DNA from: Nitrososphaeraceae archaeon
GTDB lineage: Archaea; Thermoproteota; Nitrososphaeria; Nitrososphaerales; Nitrososphaeraceae
NCBI GenBank assembly: GCA_016782225.1
Contig: JADDOW010000046.1
Span: 3,710-67,709 of the forward strand
Reading direction: 5' to 3'
Length of the DNA stretch: 64,000 bases
How positions within the stretch are numbered: the stretch's first letter is position 1; the number at the start of each line of letters is the position of its first letter. The translations under genes and the position numbers were made by a program. Of the stretch, positions 26,150-35,340 are shown piece by piece. Under the pieces are notes generated by a model, which had not been told where the DNA came from, searched no databases, and was given only the letters and a program-made list of their open reading frames with translations.

Positions 26150-26947
26150 ATGCTATTCCGACCAATTGCGGTATTTGATTCTGGTTTGGGCTCATTGTCT
26201 GTTGTAAGAGAAATAAGAAAAATTGCCCCTGCAGAGAATATATTGTATTTTGCTGATAAATTAAATTTTCCTTACGGTAAAAAATCTAAAGACGACTTAA
26301 AACCCATAATAAGAAATTCCATTAAATTTTTAGAAAAATACAGACCTAAGCTCATAGTTATCGCCTCAAATACCCCCTCTATACAAATTTTTGATGAAAT
26401 AAAAAATGAATTTTCAATTGATATCATTCCAACAAAACCTCCACTTAAAAAGGCAGCATCTATGAGTAAAAAAAATCATATCGCTATAATGGGTTCTACC
26501 GGACTGTTAAATAGCAAAGAATTCAATTATTTGTTGAAAAGGGAAATTCCTCAGCATATTTTTATCACTAAAATAGATTCATCTGATTTAATTGATATAG
26601 TCGAGAATGGATCATTTCTATCTGATCGAAATCATACCTTTAAAATTATTCAAAAAACAATAACATCAAATTTTGATGATTCCATTGATGTGCTTGTTTT
26701 GGGTAGCACTCATTTGCCTTTTATTAAAAACTATATTGGAGATCTTTTGCCTTCAATCAAATTTATAGATTCATCCTCTCAAGTTGCGAAGGATGCAAGG
26801 AATTATTTGCAATTCAACAAAGATCTAAATAGAAATGGCAAGGGAAAACTTGAGATACTTGTTTCATCAAATAAAAAAGACTTTCAGGCTATACTCCGTT
26901 ATATGGGTACGAGGGAAATAATATATGACGTGTCTTTGCAATTCTAG
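26150..26947 (+). CDS. glutamate-racemase (MurI)-like protein lacking both catalytic cysteines
   Basis: IAVFDSGLGSLSVVREI, LYFADKLNFPYGKKS, LIVIASNTPS and VLVLGSTHLPF are collinear with MurI. The ACNT and GCTH cysteines are Ser (codons TCA and AGC). Confidence 0.75.
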   Translation: MLFRPIAVFDSGLGSLSVVREIRKIAPAENILYFADKLNFPYGKKSKDDLKPIIRNSIKFLEKYRPKLIVIASNTPSIQIFDEIKNEFSIDIIPTKPPLKKAASMSKKNHIAIMGSTGLLNSKEFNYLLKREIPQHIFITKIDSSDLIDIVENGSFLSDRNHTFKIIQKTITSNFDDSIDVLVLGSTHLPFIKNYIGDLLPSIKFIDSSSQVAKDARNYLQFNKDLNRNGKGKLEILVSSNKKDFQAILRYMGTREIIYDVSLQF

Positions 26948-27022
26948 GTTTTCCTGGTAGCATTTAAATTACTTTAAACTGAATAAATGAATGATTTTTT
27001 TGGTTATTGATGTGTAAAAAAT

Positions 27023-29140
27023 ATGAAAAAAATTAGAATTGGAATAGATGTAGGAGGTACTTTTACAAAGGCTGTAGCTATTGATGTGCTTGATAAAAAG
27101 ATTTTGGGTAAAATGTCGGTTCACACAACCCACTCCTCTATGGATGGTGTGTCTGAAGGAATTGTTAATGTGTTGTCATCACTCATCAAAAGAAATAACA
27201 TAAATCCAATGGAAATAGAGTTGATCTCTCATAGCACTACTCAAGCAGTTAATGCTCTTTTGGAAGGAGATGTTGCAAAGGTTGGCATTATTGGAATGGG
27301 TGTAGGATTGGAAAAGTCTAATATCGTAAAAAGAACTCACATAAAAAACATTCCATTAAGTTCTAATAAATTTTTAAAGACCAGTTATGTTTTTTTAGAT
27401 ACCTCAAAGTATCTGAAGGAAATTGATATTGAAAAATCAATTGAAAGTCTTGAATCTGAAGGGGCTCAGTCTATTGTTGTCAGTGAAGCCTTTGGTGTTG
27501 ATGATCCAAGTAACGAAATGTTTGTAATGGACAATTCAAAATTGCCGTGCACCTCCGGGCATGAATTAGCGGGTATATACGGATTAGAAATTAGAACCTT
27601 AACTGCAACCATTAATGCAAGCATACTGCCAAAAGCCATCAATACGGCCAACTTTGTCAAATCTGCAGTGAAAAAACTTGACATATCTGTCCCATTGATG
27701 ATAATGAAAGGGGATGGGGGCGTCACAACATTGGAATCCTTTTTGCATAAACCTATAATTACTGTTTTATCGGGACCTGCTGCAAGTGTAGTTGGTGCAC
27801 TTCTTTTTTTGCAGGTTTTAGAAGGCATTTTTATTGAAGTAGGGGGAACTTCAACAAATATCAGTATTATTAAAGATGGGAAGCCTGAAATGCGTTATGT
27901 TACTATTATGACTCACCCTACATGTATTAGGTCTTTTGATGTTCGTATATGTGGGGTAGCTGGTGGTTCGCTTACCAGAATTTCCAGTCACAAGAGAATT
28001 GTTGACGTAGGTCCGAGGTCTTCTCACATAGCTGGATTAGAATATTCTTGTTTTGCTGATCCGGACGAATTACGGGAAGGGGAGATTGTACTCATTAGCC
28101 CATTAGACGATGATCCCTCTGACTATGTTTGCATCCAAACTCCAAGTGGAAAGTTATATGGCATTACTAATACTTGTGCAGCTAATGCATTAAATATCAT
28201 TCCTATCGATGATAATGCCTTCGGAAACGCTGAGTCTGCAAAAATTGCCTTTACCAAACTGTCTGGCTTCCTTGGGATACCTTTCAAACAAATAGCCGAA
28301 CAAATTCTTGACATTTCTGTTACTAAAATTGTGAATTATATGGTGCCTGCGATAAAAGAATACAAATTAGCAAAAGATCGGGTGGTCATCATTGGCGGCG
28401 GCGGCGGCGCATCTGTTTTAGTTCCGAAGGTAGCGGAGAAACTTGATCTTCAATACAAAAAAGCAGAGTATGCTGATGTTATATCATCTATAGGCGTTGC
28501 AACAGGGATGATATATGAAGAAAAAGAGCGTACAATTGCCAATCCATCTCCTGATAATGTATCTCAATTAATAGATGAAGTTAAAAACGAAGCTATTTCT
28601 AAAAACGCATCACCTGATTCATTGTCTATCCAATCTGAATATATCAGCGAACGGGCCGTACTTAGAGTCACAGTCATGGGTAATGTTACACTGGATTTGT
28701 CTAATGCTCGCTCTAGGGAATTGGATTGTGATGAATTGACACGAACTGCTAATGAACTATTTAGACAAAACGGAAACATTGTTTTAGAAAGTAATATCGG
28801 AAATTATTATGTATTTTCTAATTCATATGTTCAAAAAAAATTCTTATTTAAAACAAAAAAACAATCAATCTTAGTACTTGATAAATTTGGCCGAGTGAGG
28901 TTGTCTTTGGATTCTGGTAAATTGATAAATGGTCACTCAAAGGAATTATCTGAAAATCTGTTACCGCTTTTATCTGGTCTATCGTCATCATCTTCTGGTC
29001 TTTCACCTCAAATCCATCTAATTGATGGATTTCAAATACTGGATTTCTCGAGCCTTACTGCAAAGGAACAGGTTGTTAAAGCTATCCGAGAGCAATTAGA
29101 CAGAATAAACTCTAATATTCTATTGGTTGTAAAGAACTAA
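27023..29140 (+). CDS. hydantoinase A / oxoprolinase-family (HyuA-like) ATPase
   Basis: 705 aa. IRIGIDVGGTFTKAVAID...ISHSTTQAVNALLEGDVAKVGIIGMG is typical of the HyuA N-terminus, followed by a second ASKHA-like block (VIIGGGGGAS). Confidence 0.7.
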   Translation: MKKIRIGIDVGGTFTKAVAIDVLDKKILGKMSVHTTHSSMDGVSEGIVNVLSSLIKRNNINPMEIELISHSTTQAVNALLEGDVAKVGIIGMGVGLEKSNIVKRTHIKNIPLSSNKFLKTSYVFLDTSKYLKEIDIEKSIESLESEGAQSIVVSEAFGVDDPSNEMFVMDNSKLPCTSGHELAGIYGLEIRTLTATINASILPKAINTANFVKSAVKKLDISVPLMIMKGDGGVTTLESFLHKPIITVLSGPAASVVGALLFLQVLEGIFIEVGGTSTNISIIKDGKPEMRYVTIMTHPTCIRSFDVRICGVAGGSLTRISSHKRIVDVGPRSSHIAGLEYSCFADPDELREGEIVLISPLDDDPSDYVCIQTPSGKLYGITNTCAANALNIIPIDDNAFGNAESAKIAFTKLSGFLGIPFKQIAEQILDISVTKIVNYMVPAIKEYKLAKDRVVIIGGGGGASVLVPKVAEKLDLQYKKAEYADVISSIGVATGMIYEEKERTIANPSPDNVSQLIDEVKNEAISKNASPDSLSIQSEYISERAVLRVTVMGNVTLDLSNARSRELDCDELTRTANELFRQNGNIVLESNIGNYYVFSNSYVQKKFLFKTKKQSILVLDKFGRVRLSLDSGKLINGHSKELSENLLPLLSGLSSSSSGLSPQIHLIDGFQILDFSSLTAKEQVVKAIREQLDRINSNILLVVKN

Positions 29141-29232
29141 TTTTAGGTAATTTCGATTTCGATTTAAGCCAATAATTATCAAATTGCAATTAATTAACGT
29201 TTTTAAGATTCAAAAATTCATTTCAAAATGTC

Positions 29233-30156
29233 TTGAAAGATATAGTAGTTTTGGCCGGTCCTTCCTCATTAAATTTAGGAAATCATATTTCTGCTCGCTT
29301 AAAGTCCGTATCTATTCCAGTAGATCTCAGAATTTTTTCAGATGGTGAAAGTAAAATAAGGATTGATGCAAACCTGTTAGACAAAAAATGCATAATAGTT
29401 CAATCTACCTATCCACCTGTGGATTCTCACCTCTTGCAAACATTGATGATTGTTTCTTGTTGTTATGACTTGGGAGCTTCAGAAGTTGTAACTGTAATGC
29501 CTTATATGGGATATGCTCGTCAAGACAGGAAGTTTTTAGAAGGGGAATTTCCGACAATTTCATTAATTGCCAGGATGCTAGAATGTATTGATGTTCGTAA
29601 TTTAATTACGGTGGATATCCATAGCATTAAGGCGCTCTCATATTTTAAACTAAATGTTTTGAATATTTCGTCTATAAATTCACTCGCAAATTATGCTAAA
29701 ACTCAATTTAATCTGATCAACCCTGTTGTTATTTCACCTGATATGGGGGGCATTTCACGAGCTAAAGATTTTTCAAAAATAATACAATCTGATTTCTTTG
29801 GATTAAAGAAAATGAGAGACCGAGTTTCCGGAAACATTGTTGTGGATGAAAATTTAGAATTCGATGTTAAAGACCGCGATATAGTTATTATAGATGATAT
29901 GATTTCTAGTGGGGGAACAATATTAAAATCATTAGATGTTTTGAAAAAAAACAGGTGTGGTAAAATCTATGTCATGTGTGTACATGCCTTATCTGACGAA
30001 AATTCTATAAATACGTTGAAAAATGCGGGACTAACTGATATTGTTTCAACTAATAGTGTTCCTAGGTCATGTTCAAAAGTCGATCTTAGTTTGGATATAA
30101 CAAATGCGTTGTCTTCTATCACTGGTGATTGCATAAAAGATGATGGTTTTAACTGA
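29233..30156 (+). CDS. prs: ribose-phosphate pyrophosphokinase
   Basis: TTG start. Motifs: IFSDGESKIRI, IVQSTYPPVDSHLLQTLMIV, VVTVMPYMGYARQDRKF, LITVDIHS, VIIDDMISSGGT. Confidence 0.85.
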   Translation: MKDIVVLAGPSSLNLGNHISARLKSVSIPVDLRIFSDGESKIRIDANLLDKKCIIVQSTYPPVDSHLLQTLMIVSCCYDLGASEVVTVMPYMGYARQDRKFLEGEFPTISLIARMLECIDVRNLITVDIHSIKALSYFKLNVLNISSINSLANYAKTQFNLINPVVISPDMGGISRAKDFSKIIQSDFFGLKKMRDRVSGNIVVDENLEFDVKDRDIVIIDDMISSGGTILKSLDVLKKNRCGKIYVMCVHALSDENSINTLKNAGLTDIVSTNSVPRSCSKVDLSLDITNALSSITGDCIKDDGFN

Positions 30157-30179
30157 AACATCAAATACAATACAACACC

Positions 30180-31109
30180 ATGGCTAATCTAGATGTGACT
30201 TTTCTTGGAACATCCGCAGCAATGCCTTTAGAAAATAGGTTTCTTTCTTCTATCGTTGTTAACAGGGATGGGACATTGTTTATTTTTGACGCGGGAGAAG
30301 GTATGCAGTATAATTTTATTCGTGCGCGATTTGGTTTTAATAAAAAAACTATGCTTTTTATCACACATATGCATTCAGATCATATTTTGGGTATTTTGGG
30401 TTTTTTTCAGACACTTTCATTACAGGGACGAAATTTACCTATAGATGTTTACGGTCCTAAATTGCTTTATGATTTTTTAAAAGAAAATCTTAGAATTCTT
30501 GGTATCAATTTGTCTTTTGGGATAAATATCCATGCTATTGATGACAATGAAGGAATTCTCGTGGCCAACAAAGACTACAAGATAGTGTTTTGTAAATCTA
30601 ATCATGGCAGCGATATTTGCTCTTTTGCTTATTGCTTGATAGAAAATAGCCGTCCTGGTGAATTTGATATAAAAAAAGCTAAAGAATTGGAAATTCCAGA
30701 AGGCAACCTATATCGGATGTTGCAAAATGGTGAAAATGTGATGTTTAACAATAGATTAATATCTTCTAATACTCTAGTAGGACCAAGACGTCCTGGAAGA
30801 AAAGTTGGCATTTCGGGGGACACAAGGCCCTCACGTGAATTGTGTGAGTTTTTCAAGAATTGCGATCTGTTAATTTTTGAATCTACTTTTAAATCTGCTG
30901 AATTAGGCAAAGCCAAAGAGAGCTTTCATTCTACTGCTTTGGAAGCAGCCAGCCTGGCAAAATTAGCATGCGTACGTAGATTATGTCTTACTCATTTTAG
31001 CACTCGATATAGAAACCTAGTTGATTTGTTAAATGAAGCTAAAGCCGTTTTTTCGGATGTCGATATAGCTTGTGATTTGAAATCCATCTCCGTTCCATAT
31101 AGAAAATAA
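30180..31109 (+). CDS. rnz: ribonuclease Z
   Basis: VTFLGTSAAMPLENRFLSSIVV...LFIFDAGEGMQ...FITHMHSDHILGILG and a C-terminal LTHFSTRY give a metallo-beta-lactamase tRNA 3' endonuclease pattern. Confidence 0.85.
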   Translation: MANLDVTFLGTSAAMPLENRFLSSIVVNRDGTLFIFDAGEGMQYNFIRARFGFNKKTMLFITHMHSDHILGILGFFQTLSLQGRNLPIDVYGPKLLYDFLKENLRILGINLSFGINIHAIDDNEGILVANKDYKIVFCKSNHGSDICSFAYCLIENSRPGEFDIKKAKELEIPEGNLYRMLQNGENVMFNNRLISSNTLVGPRRPGRKVGISGDTRPSRELCEFFKNCDLLIFESTFKSAELGKAKESFHSTALEAASLAKLACVRRLCLTHFSTRYRNLVDLLNEAKAVFSDVDIACDLKSISVPYRK

Positions 31110-31128
31110 ACAAATTTTAATCGAATGT

Positions 31129-31836
31129 TCAACTAATTATTTTTATAAAGTTTCTTAGCAGTTCTTTTTTATCGTTTGATAAAACCATGCATGCTTCAAC
31201 AAGCTCTCTCTCTATGGTTATTTGCTCTGATATGATTTTTTTTAATTTTTGGCCATCTAATCTGTCCAATTTCTCTATCTCTCCATGATTATATGCCATG
31301 ATATATTCGCTTATTAACTTTAAAATAAAAGATGGTGCATACCGTGACAATAACAATATGCCTTCATTAATTGTTGTATTGTTGGTGACATCATTATCTT
31401 CTTTTCTATTGGAATTGGAATTTGAAATATATGACTCTAACAGTTTCATTCTCACTCTAATATCGCCTGTTTCTTCTATAGTTGATGCAATAATTAGACC
31501 AATATTGGTAAGTTCATAATATGGAATTCCTTCCATTTGAAGAGCTTTTGGACCCCTTTTTATTGGTAGTCTGCCTCCCTCTTTAACCACTTGGGCGGGT
31601 AAGAGCACTTCGTCAAGATCCTTAAAAATAGCCGAATAGATGTTTTGCCATGCAATATCGTATTTTTTTGCTAATATGTGAGCTATCGCTGTTCTAGTTT
31701 TGCCTTTTGGATCTTTTTCTATTGCAATATGAGCTATTATTCCTCTTTGCCTCTTTGCCTCTCTCGTTGACTTAGCGTGATGGGTCTTAAAAGTATCAAA
31801 AATTGCAATATGGTTACCTCTCTTCAAAAATTCCAA
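31129..31836 (-). CDS. hypothetical protein, possible winged-helix DNA-binding N-terminus
   Basis: 235-aa ORF with a TTG start, a basic N-terminal half (TRTAIAHILAKKYDIAWQNIYSAIFKDL) and a helical C-terminal half. Confidence 0.5.
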   Translation of the reverse strand: MEFLKRGNHIAIFDTFKTHHAKSTREAKRQRGIIAHIAIEKDPKGKTRTAIAHILAKKYDIAWQNIYSAIFKDLDEVLLPAQVVKEGGRLPIKRGPKALQMEGIPYYELTNIGLIIASTIEETGDIRVRMKLLESYISNSNSNRKEDNDVTNNTTINEGILLLSRYAPSFILKLISEYIMAYNHGEIEKLDRLDGQKLKKIISEQITIERELVEACMVLSNDKKELLRNFIKIIS

Positions 31837-31937
31837 TCCGTTTTTTTTTCTAATATATTTATATGTATTTTAATTTTATCCGATATTGTAGTTTTAAACT
31901 AAAAAAATTTTTTAAAAAAATGTATTTTTAACTGTTT

Positions 31938-32207
31938 CTATTTTTTGGGGGGAGCAGCACGCATTGTATCTACTTGACCGCTGTGAAGCCAGTCCTTTAG
32001 TTCTTCATGCGATGGTTTGGTGTCGTGTTTTCCTTGCAAGTGTAGGTGAAGCAATACATAGTTTACTTGATTCAATATAACCTTGTTAGCTTCGTCACCT
32101 TTACGAGCTTTTGTCTTTAGGTCTCCTGGAACAGTTGTCCACCATTCCTCGAATGTTCTCTTTTTTTGAGTTTTAGCTTGTGTACCAAATCCCTTGGGTA
32201 ATGTCAT
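31938..32207 (-). CDS. small basic hypothetical protein
   Basis: 89-aa ORF with no recognisable motif. Confidence 0.4.
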   Translation of the reverse strand: MTLPKGFGTQAKTQKKRTFEEWWTTVPGDLKTKARKGDEANKVILNQVNYVLLHLHLQGKHDTKPSHEELKDWLHSGQVDTMRAAPPKK

Positions 32208-32476
32208 ATTGCTTGTAGATTAATTGATGATGGTATTAAATGTTTTTTAAAAATTGCAAAAAGCCGTTTGTTTATGTGATTGCTGCACATCTTATTTTGG
32301 ATTAGGGATGTTTTCATGACATTGACATAAAGATTTGCCAAATGGATGATGTATTAATTATCCAATTCTCTTGGATTTTATTTTGTGCGGGATGGCGATA
32401 GTGTTTCCCTGTAGTTCACAATTAATTGTCCTGGCAATAGTAATATCTTTATGACATTAAAAATATAATATGTTTA

Positions 32477-32770
32477 ATGTCTAATTATGATACTGAAAAA
32501 GACGTTTATGTGATTGTTCATGGTCAAAAACATTTGTTCGAACCAATAAAATCAAAACTCTCTGCCTTTGGATTTAAATCTGATAAATTGATTCCTGCCG
32601 ATATGAATAAAACCGGGAATCCTGGAGACTTTGTTGCTATGGTTTGGCCTCCAATGACCCCAAAAGAAATAATTCTTAGTGAGATAATTGATTTTAATGG
32701 TAATGGTCAGGGAATGGGAGCATGGGCATCACTTAACCAAAAAGAATTGGAGCGCATTTCTTTAGACTAA
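32477..32770 (+). CDS. hypothetical protein
   Basis: 97-aa ORF with no recognisable motif. Its stop abuts the convergent cbiF stop. Confidence 0.4.
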   Translation: MSNYDTEKDVYVIVHGQKHLFEPIKSKLSAFGFKSDKLIPADMNKTGNPGDFVAMVWPPMTPKEIILSEIIDFNGNGQGMGAWASLNQKELERISLD

Positions 32771-33556
32771 CTAGACTGTCTTTTCCTTATTTTTTCTAAA
32801 CCCATGAGTAAATTGCGAATCATAAACTTTTGAAAATTCATATTCTTTTGGTGATATGACGTCACCCACTATTATCAATGCTGTTTTTACTATTCTGTTT
32901 TCTTTAACTTTTTTAGATATGGTTTCGATTGTACCTTTTACTATTTTTTCTTCATTCCATGTAGCTTTGTATACAATTGCAACGGGGGTTTGGTTATTGT
33001 ATATTCCACCTTTCAATAATTCTTCTATGACCCTATCAAGTAAATGCACACTAAGATAAAAAGCCATGGTGGCGCCGTGTTTTGATAGTTCTGAAATTTT
33101 TTCTCTATCTGGTACAGCTGTTCTAAATTCTGCTCGTGTAATTATTATTGTTTGGGTTATACCTGGCAGTGTTAATTCCAAATTCATAGATGCTGCCGCA
33201 CCAAGTAGTGATGTTATCCCTGGAATTACTTTACAATATAGCCCATCTTTTTCTAATCTGTCTATTTGTTCCCTTATTGTACTAAAAATGCCGGGATCTC
33301 CATCATGGAACCTTATTGCAAGTTTGCCGTTTTTTGTGGAATCCCTAAGAATTTCATATATCTCATTCCTGTCTAATTTAGCTGCATCAAATAAATTGGC
33401 TTCTTTTTTTGCAAAATTTAATATTTCGTGATTCAATAAGGATCCTGAATATATTACAATATCTGCGTTTTCTAGTAGTCTCTTTGCCTTTATTGTTATT
33501 AGTTCTGGGTCACCAGGACCTGAACCTACAAAATAAACCGTATTTTTTTGCATCAT
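32771..33556 (-). CDS. cbiF: cobalt-precorrin-4 / precorrin-4 C11-methyltransferase
   Basis: VYFVGSGPGDPELITIKAKRLLENADIVIYSGSL, GDPGIF and IPGITS mark a tetrapyrrole methylase of CbiF/CobM type. Confidence 0.85.
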   Translation of the reverse strand: MMQKNTVYFVGSGPGDPELITIKAKRLLENADIVIYSGSLLNHEILNFAKKEANLFDAAKLDRNEIYEILRDSTKNGKLAIRFHDGDPGIFSTIREQIDRLEKDGLYCKVIPGITSLLGAAASMNLELTLPGITQTIIITRAEFRTAVPDREKISELSKHGATMAFYLSVHLLDRVIEELLKGGIYNNQTPVAIVYKATWNEEKIVKGTIETISKKVKENRIVKTALIIVGDVISPKEYEFSKVYDSQFTHGFRKNKEKTV

Positions 33557-34284
33557 TTTTTCTTTTTGGCTATCATGATTGAAAAGTATTTATCATTGTT
33601 TTCATTTGGATTTCTTAATAGTTCTGATAGTTTCTTTTTTTGCAATGCTTCGCTATTGGTAGACACATCCTGAGCTATAAAAATATCTGATTCTCCTGGA
33701 AAGCCCGATTCCATCAATATTTCCAATACGCTATTAAAATATCTTCCATCTTTTAAAAATATCAATGTGTCACAACATTTTGCAGCGGTTTTTAGTCTAT
33801 CGAGGTTATAGCATGCGGGAATTATTCCTATTATCTCCTCACCCTCTCCTATCGGTGTTTTTATTTCGGCAGAAAACGAAAAAATCGAAGTTATACCGGG
33901 TATAACTTCCACTTCTATATCTTTATGTGCATTGGTTATCTCTCTGTAAATGTAAATCCAAGTACTATAAAGAGAAGGATCACCGACAGTTAGGTAAATT
34001 GCTCTTTTTCCGTTTCTTATGGAATTTGTTATTTCTTTGGTGTTGTCTTTCCAATTTTCTTTTAATTTGTTAAAGTCTTTAATCATTGGAAAAACCAATT
34101 GTTGAATTTCCGTATCTTTGTTGAGAAATCCTTCCACTATCGATAGGGCAACACTTGGCTTTCCTTCTCTAGCGGTAGGTGTATAAATTATGTCTGCATT
34201 TCTAATAATGTTTATTGCCTTTAAAGTGAGTAAATCTGGATCACCTGGACCACACCCTATACAATAAAGTTTTGGATATGCCAT
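33553..34284 (-). CDS. cbiL: cobalt-factor-II / precorrin-2 C20-methyltransferase
   Basis: LYCIGCGPGDPDLLTLKAINIIRNADIIYTP, LVFPMIKD, LTVGDPSLYST and VIPGITS fit CbiL/CobI. It overlaps cbiF by 4 nt (ATGA). Confidence 0.8.
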   Translation of the reverse strand: MAYPKLYCIGCGPGDPDLLTLKAINIIRNADIIYTPTAREGKPSVALSIVEGFLNKDTEIQQLVFPMIKDFNKLKENWKDNTKEITNSIRNGKRAIYLTVGDPSLYSTWIYIYREITNAHKDIEVEVIPGITSIFSFSAEIKTPIGEGEEIIGIIPACYNLDRLKTAAKCCDTLIFLKDGRYFNSVLEILMESGFPGESDIFIAQDVSTNSEALQKKKLSELLRNPNENNDKYFSIMIAKKKK

Positions 34285-34322
34285 AAAACCACTTTCAAAA
34301 ATATTAATTAAAGTTTTTGTAT

Positions 34323-34922
34323 TTATCTGGTGGCTGAAAAAATAATAACAGGATTTCTTGAAATCATCATGGTTCCAGAGCTAGTTTTTTTTGATTTTGC
34401 TACCGTTACTTGGCTTATGTCAATCTCCAATAACTCTGAATCTTCTATTGCTTTAAGAGTTTTGTAAATCGTTTCTATCAGTATGGATGTGACAACTAGC
34501 CTGCCTCCCTTGTTTAGGCGATCTATTGCTAGTTTTATTATTTTTTCTGTATCGCCTGTAGTTCCCCCTATAACAATTGCGTCTACATATGGCAGATTCG
34601 GCAAAATTTCTTGAGCTAATCCTTGTATTGTTTTTATTTTATTTTGTAATCCGAACTTTGATGTGTTTTGCTCAGTTAGATCAATTGCATTTTTGTCACT
34701 ATCTATTGCATATACTGAGGTTTTGGTTTGGATAGCTAATTCAATTGATATACTGCCACTACCACAACCAATATCTATAGATTCAAATCCTTCTTTTAGG
34801 CGTAATTTGCTTATTATTATTGATCTTATCTCTTCTTTTGTTATAGGCACTTTATCAACTCTATCGAATAGATCGTCTGGAATACCTGGGGTCTTGTGCT
34901 CCCAAAATGATTTACCATTCAT
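34323..34922 (-). CDS. cbiT: cobalt-precorrin-6B C15-methyltransferase (decarboxylating)
   Basis: GIPDDLFDR...PITKEEIRSIIISKLRLKEGFESIDIGCGSGSISIELA is the CbiT SAM-methyltransferase pattern. Confidence 0.8.
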   Translation of the reverse strand: MNGKSFWEHKTPGIPDDLFDRVDKVPITKEEIRSIIISKLRLKEGFESIDIGCGSGSISIELAIQTKTSVYAIDSDKNAIDLTEQNTSKFGLQNKIKTIQGLAQEILPNLPYVDAIVIGGTTGDTEKIIKLAIDRLNKGGRLVVTSILIETIYKTLKAIEDSELLEIDISQVTVAKSKKTSSGTMMISRNPVIIFSATR

Positions 34923-34923
34923 T

Positions 34924-35217
34924 TCAGACGATGTGTTGATTCAGTACGGTAAATATCATTACCATAAACGTTAATAGCATGAAAATAAAAGCGAAAATTC
35001 CATTTGTTACTATTTTTTTCTTTTTATCTTTAGATATCTCCTCAGCCATTTTCTTGGCAATAATGTGTGATATATAGTAAAAGATAATTCCAACTAATAT
35101 TGTAATTCCTATGGTGTTAGCTTGGTCTGATTGAGGTTTTATTATTATTCCTAATAACGATCCTGCAATAGCAGCGGCAATAGTTCTCATATAATAAATT
35201 TTGTCTAGAGCGTCCAA
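34924..35217 (-). CDS. small 3-TM membrane protein
   Basis: 97-aa ORF with three hydrophobic segments. It ends 1 nt before the cbiT start, so is probably co-transcribed. Confidence 0.5.
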   Translation of the reverse strand: MDALDKIYYMRTIAAAIAGSLLGIIIKPQSDQANTIGITILVGIIFYYISHIIAKKMAEEISKDKKKKIVTNGIFAFIFMLLTFMVMIFTVLNQHIV

Positions 35218-35340
35218 GTATATGCGCTATTGTTTTTTATCCGCCACATTTAATTCCTACTGCTTTCTATTACAATAGTTGTAAAAAATATGTAATACAT
35301 TTCTTATGTTATTATATCAATATTGTGTCTATAATATTGG

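Noticed and set aside
28391-28408. GGC/GGT triplet runs (also 18481-18499)
   Set aside because: They encode in-frame poly-Gly segments inside well-supported genes, so they are not independent features.
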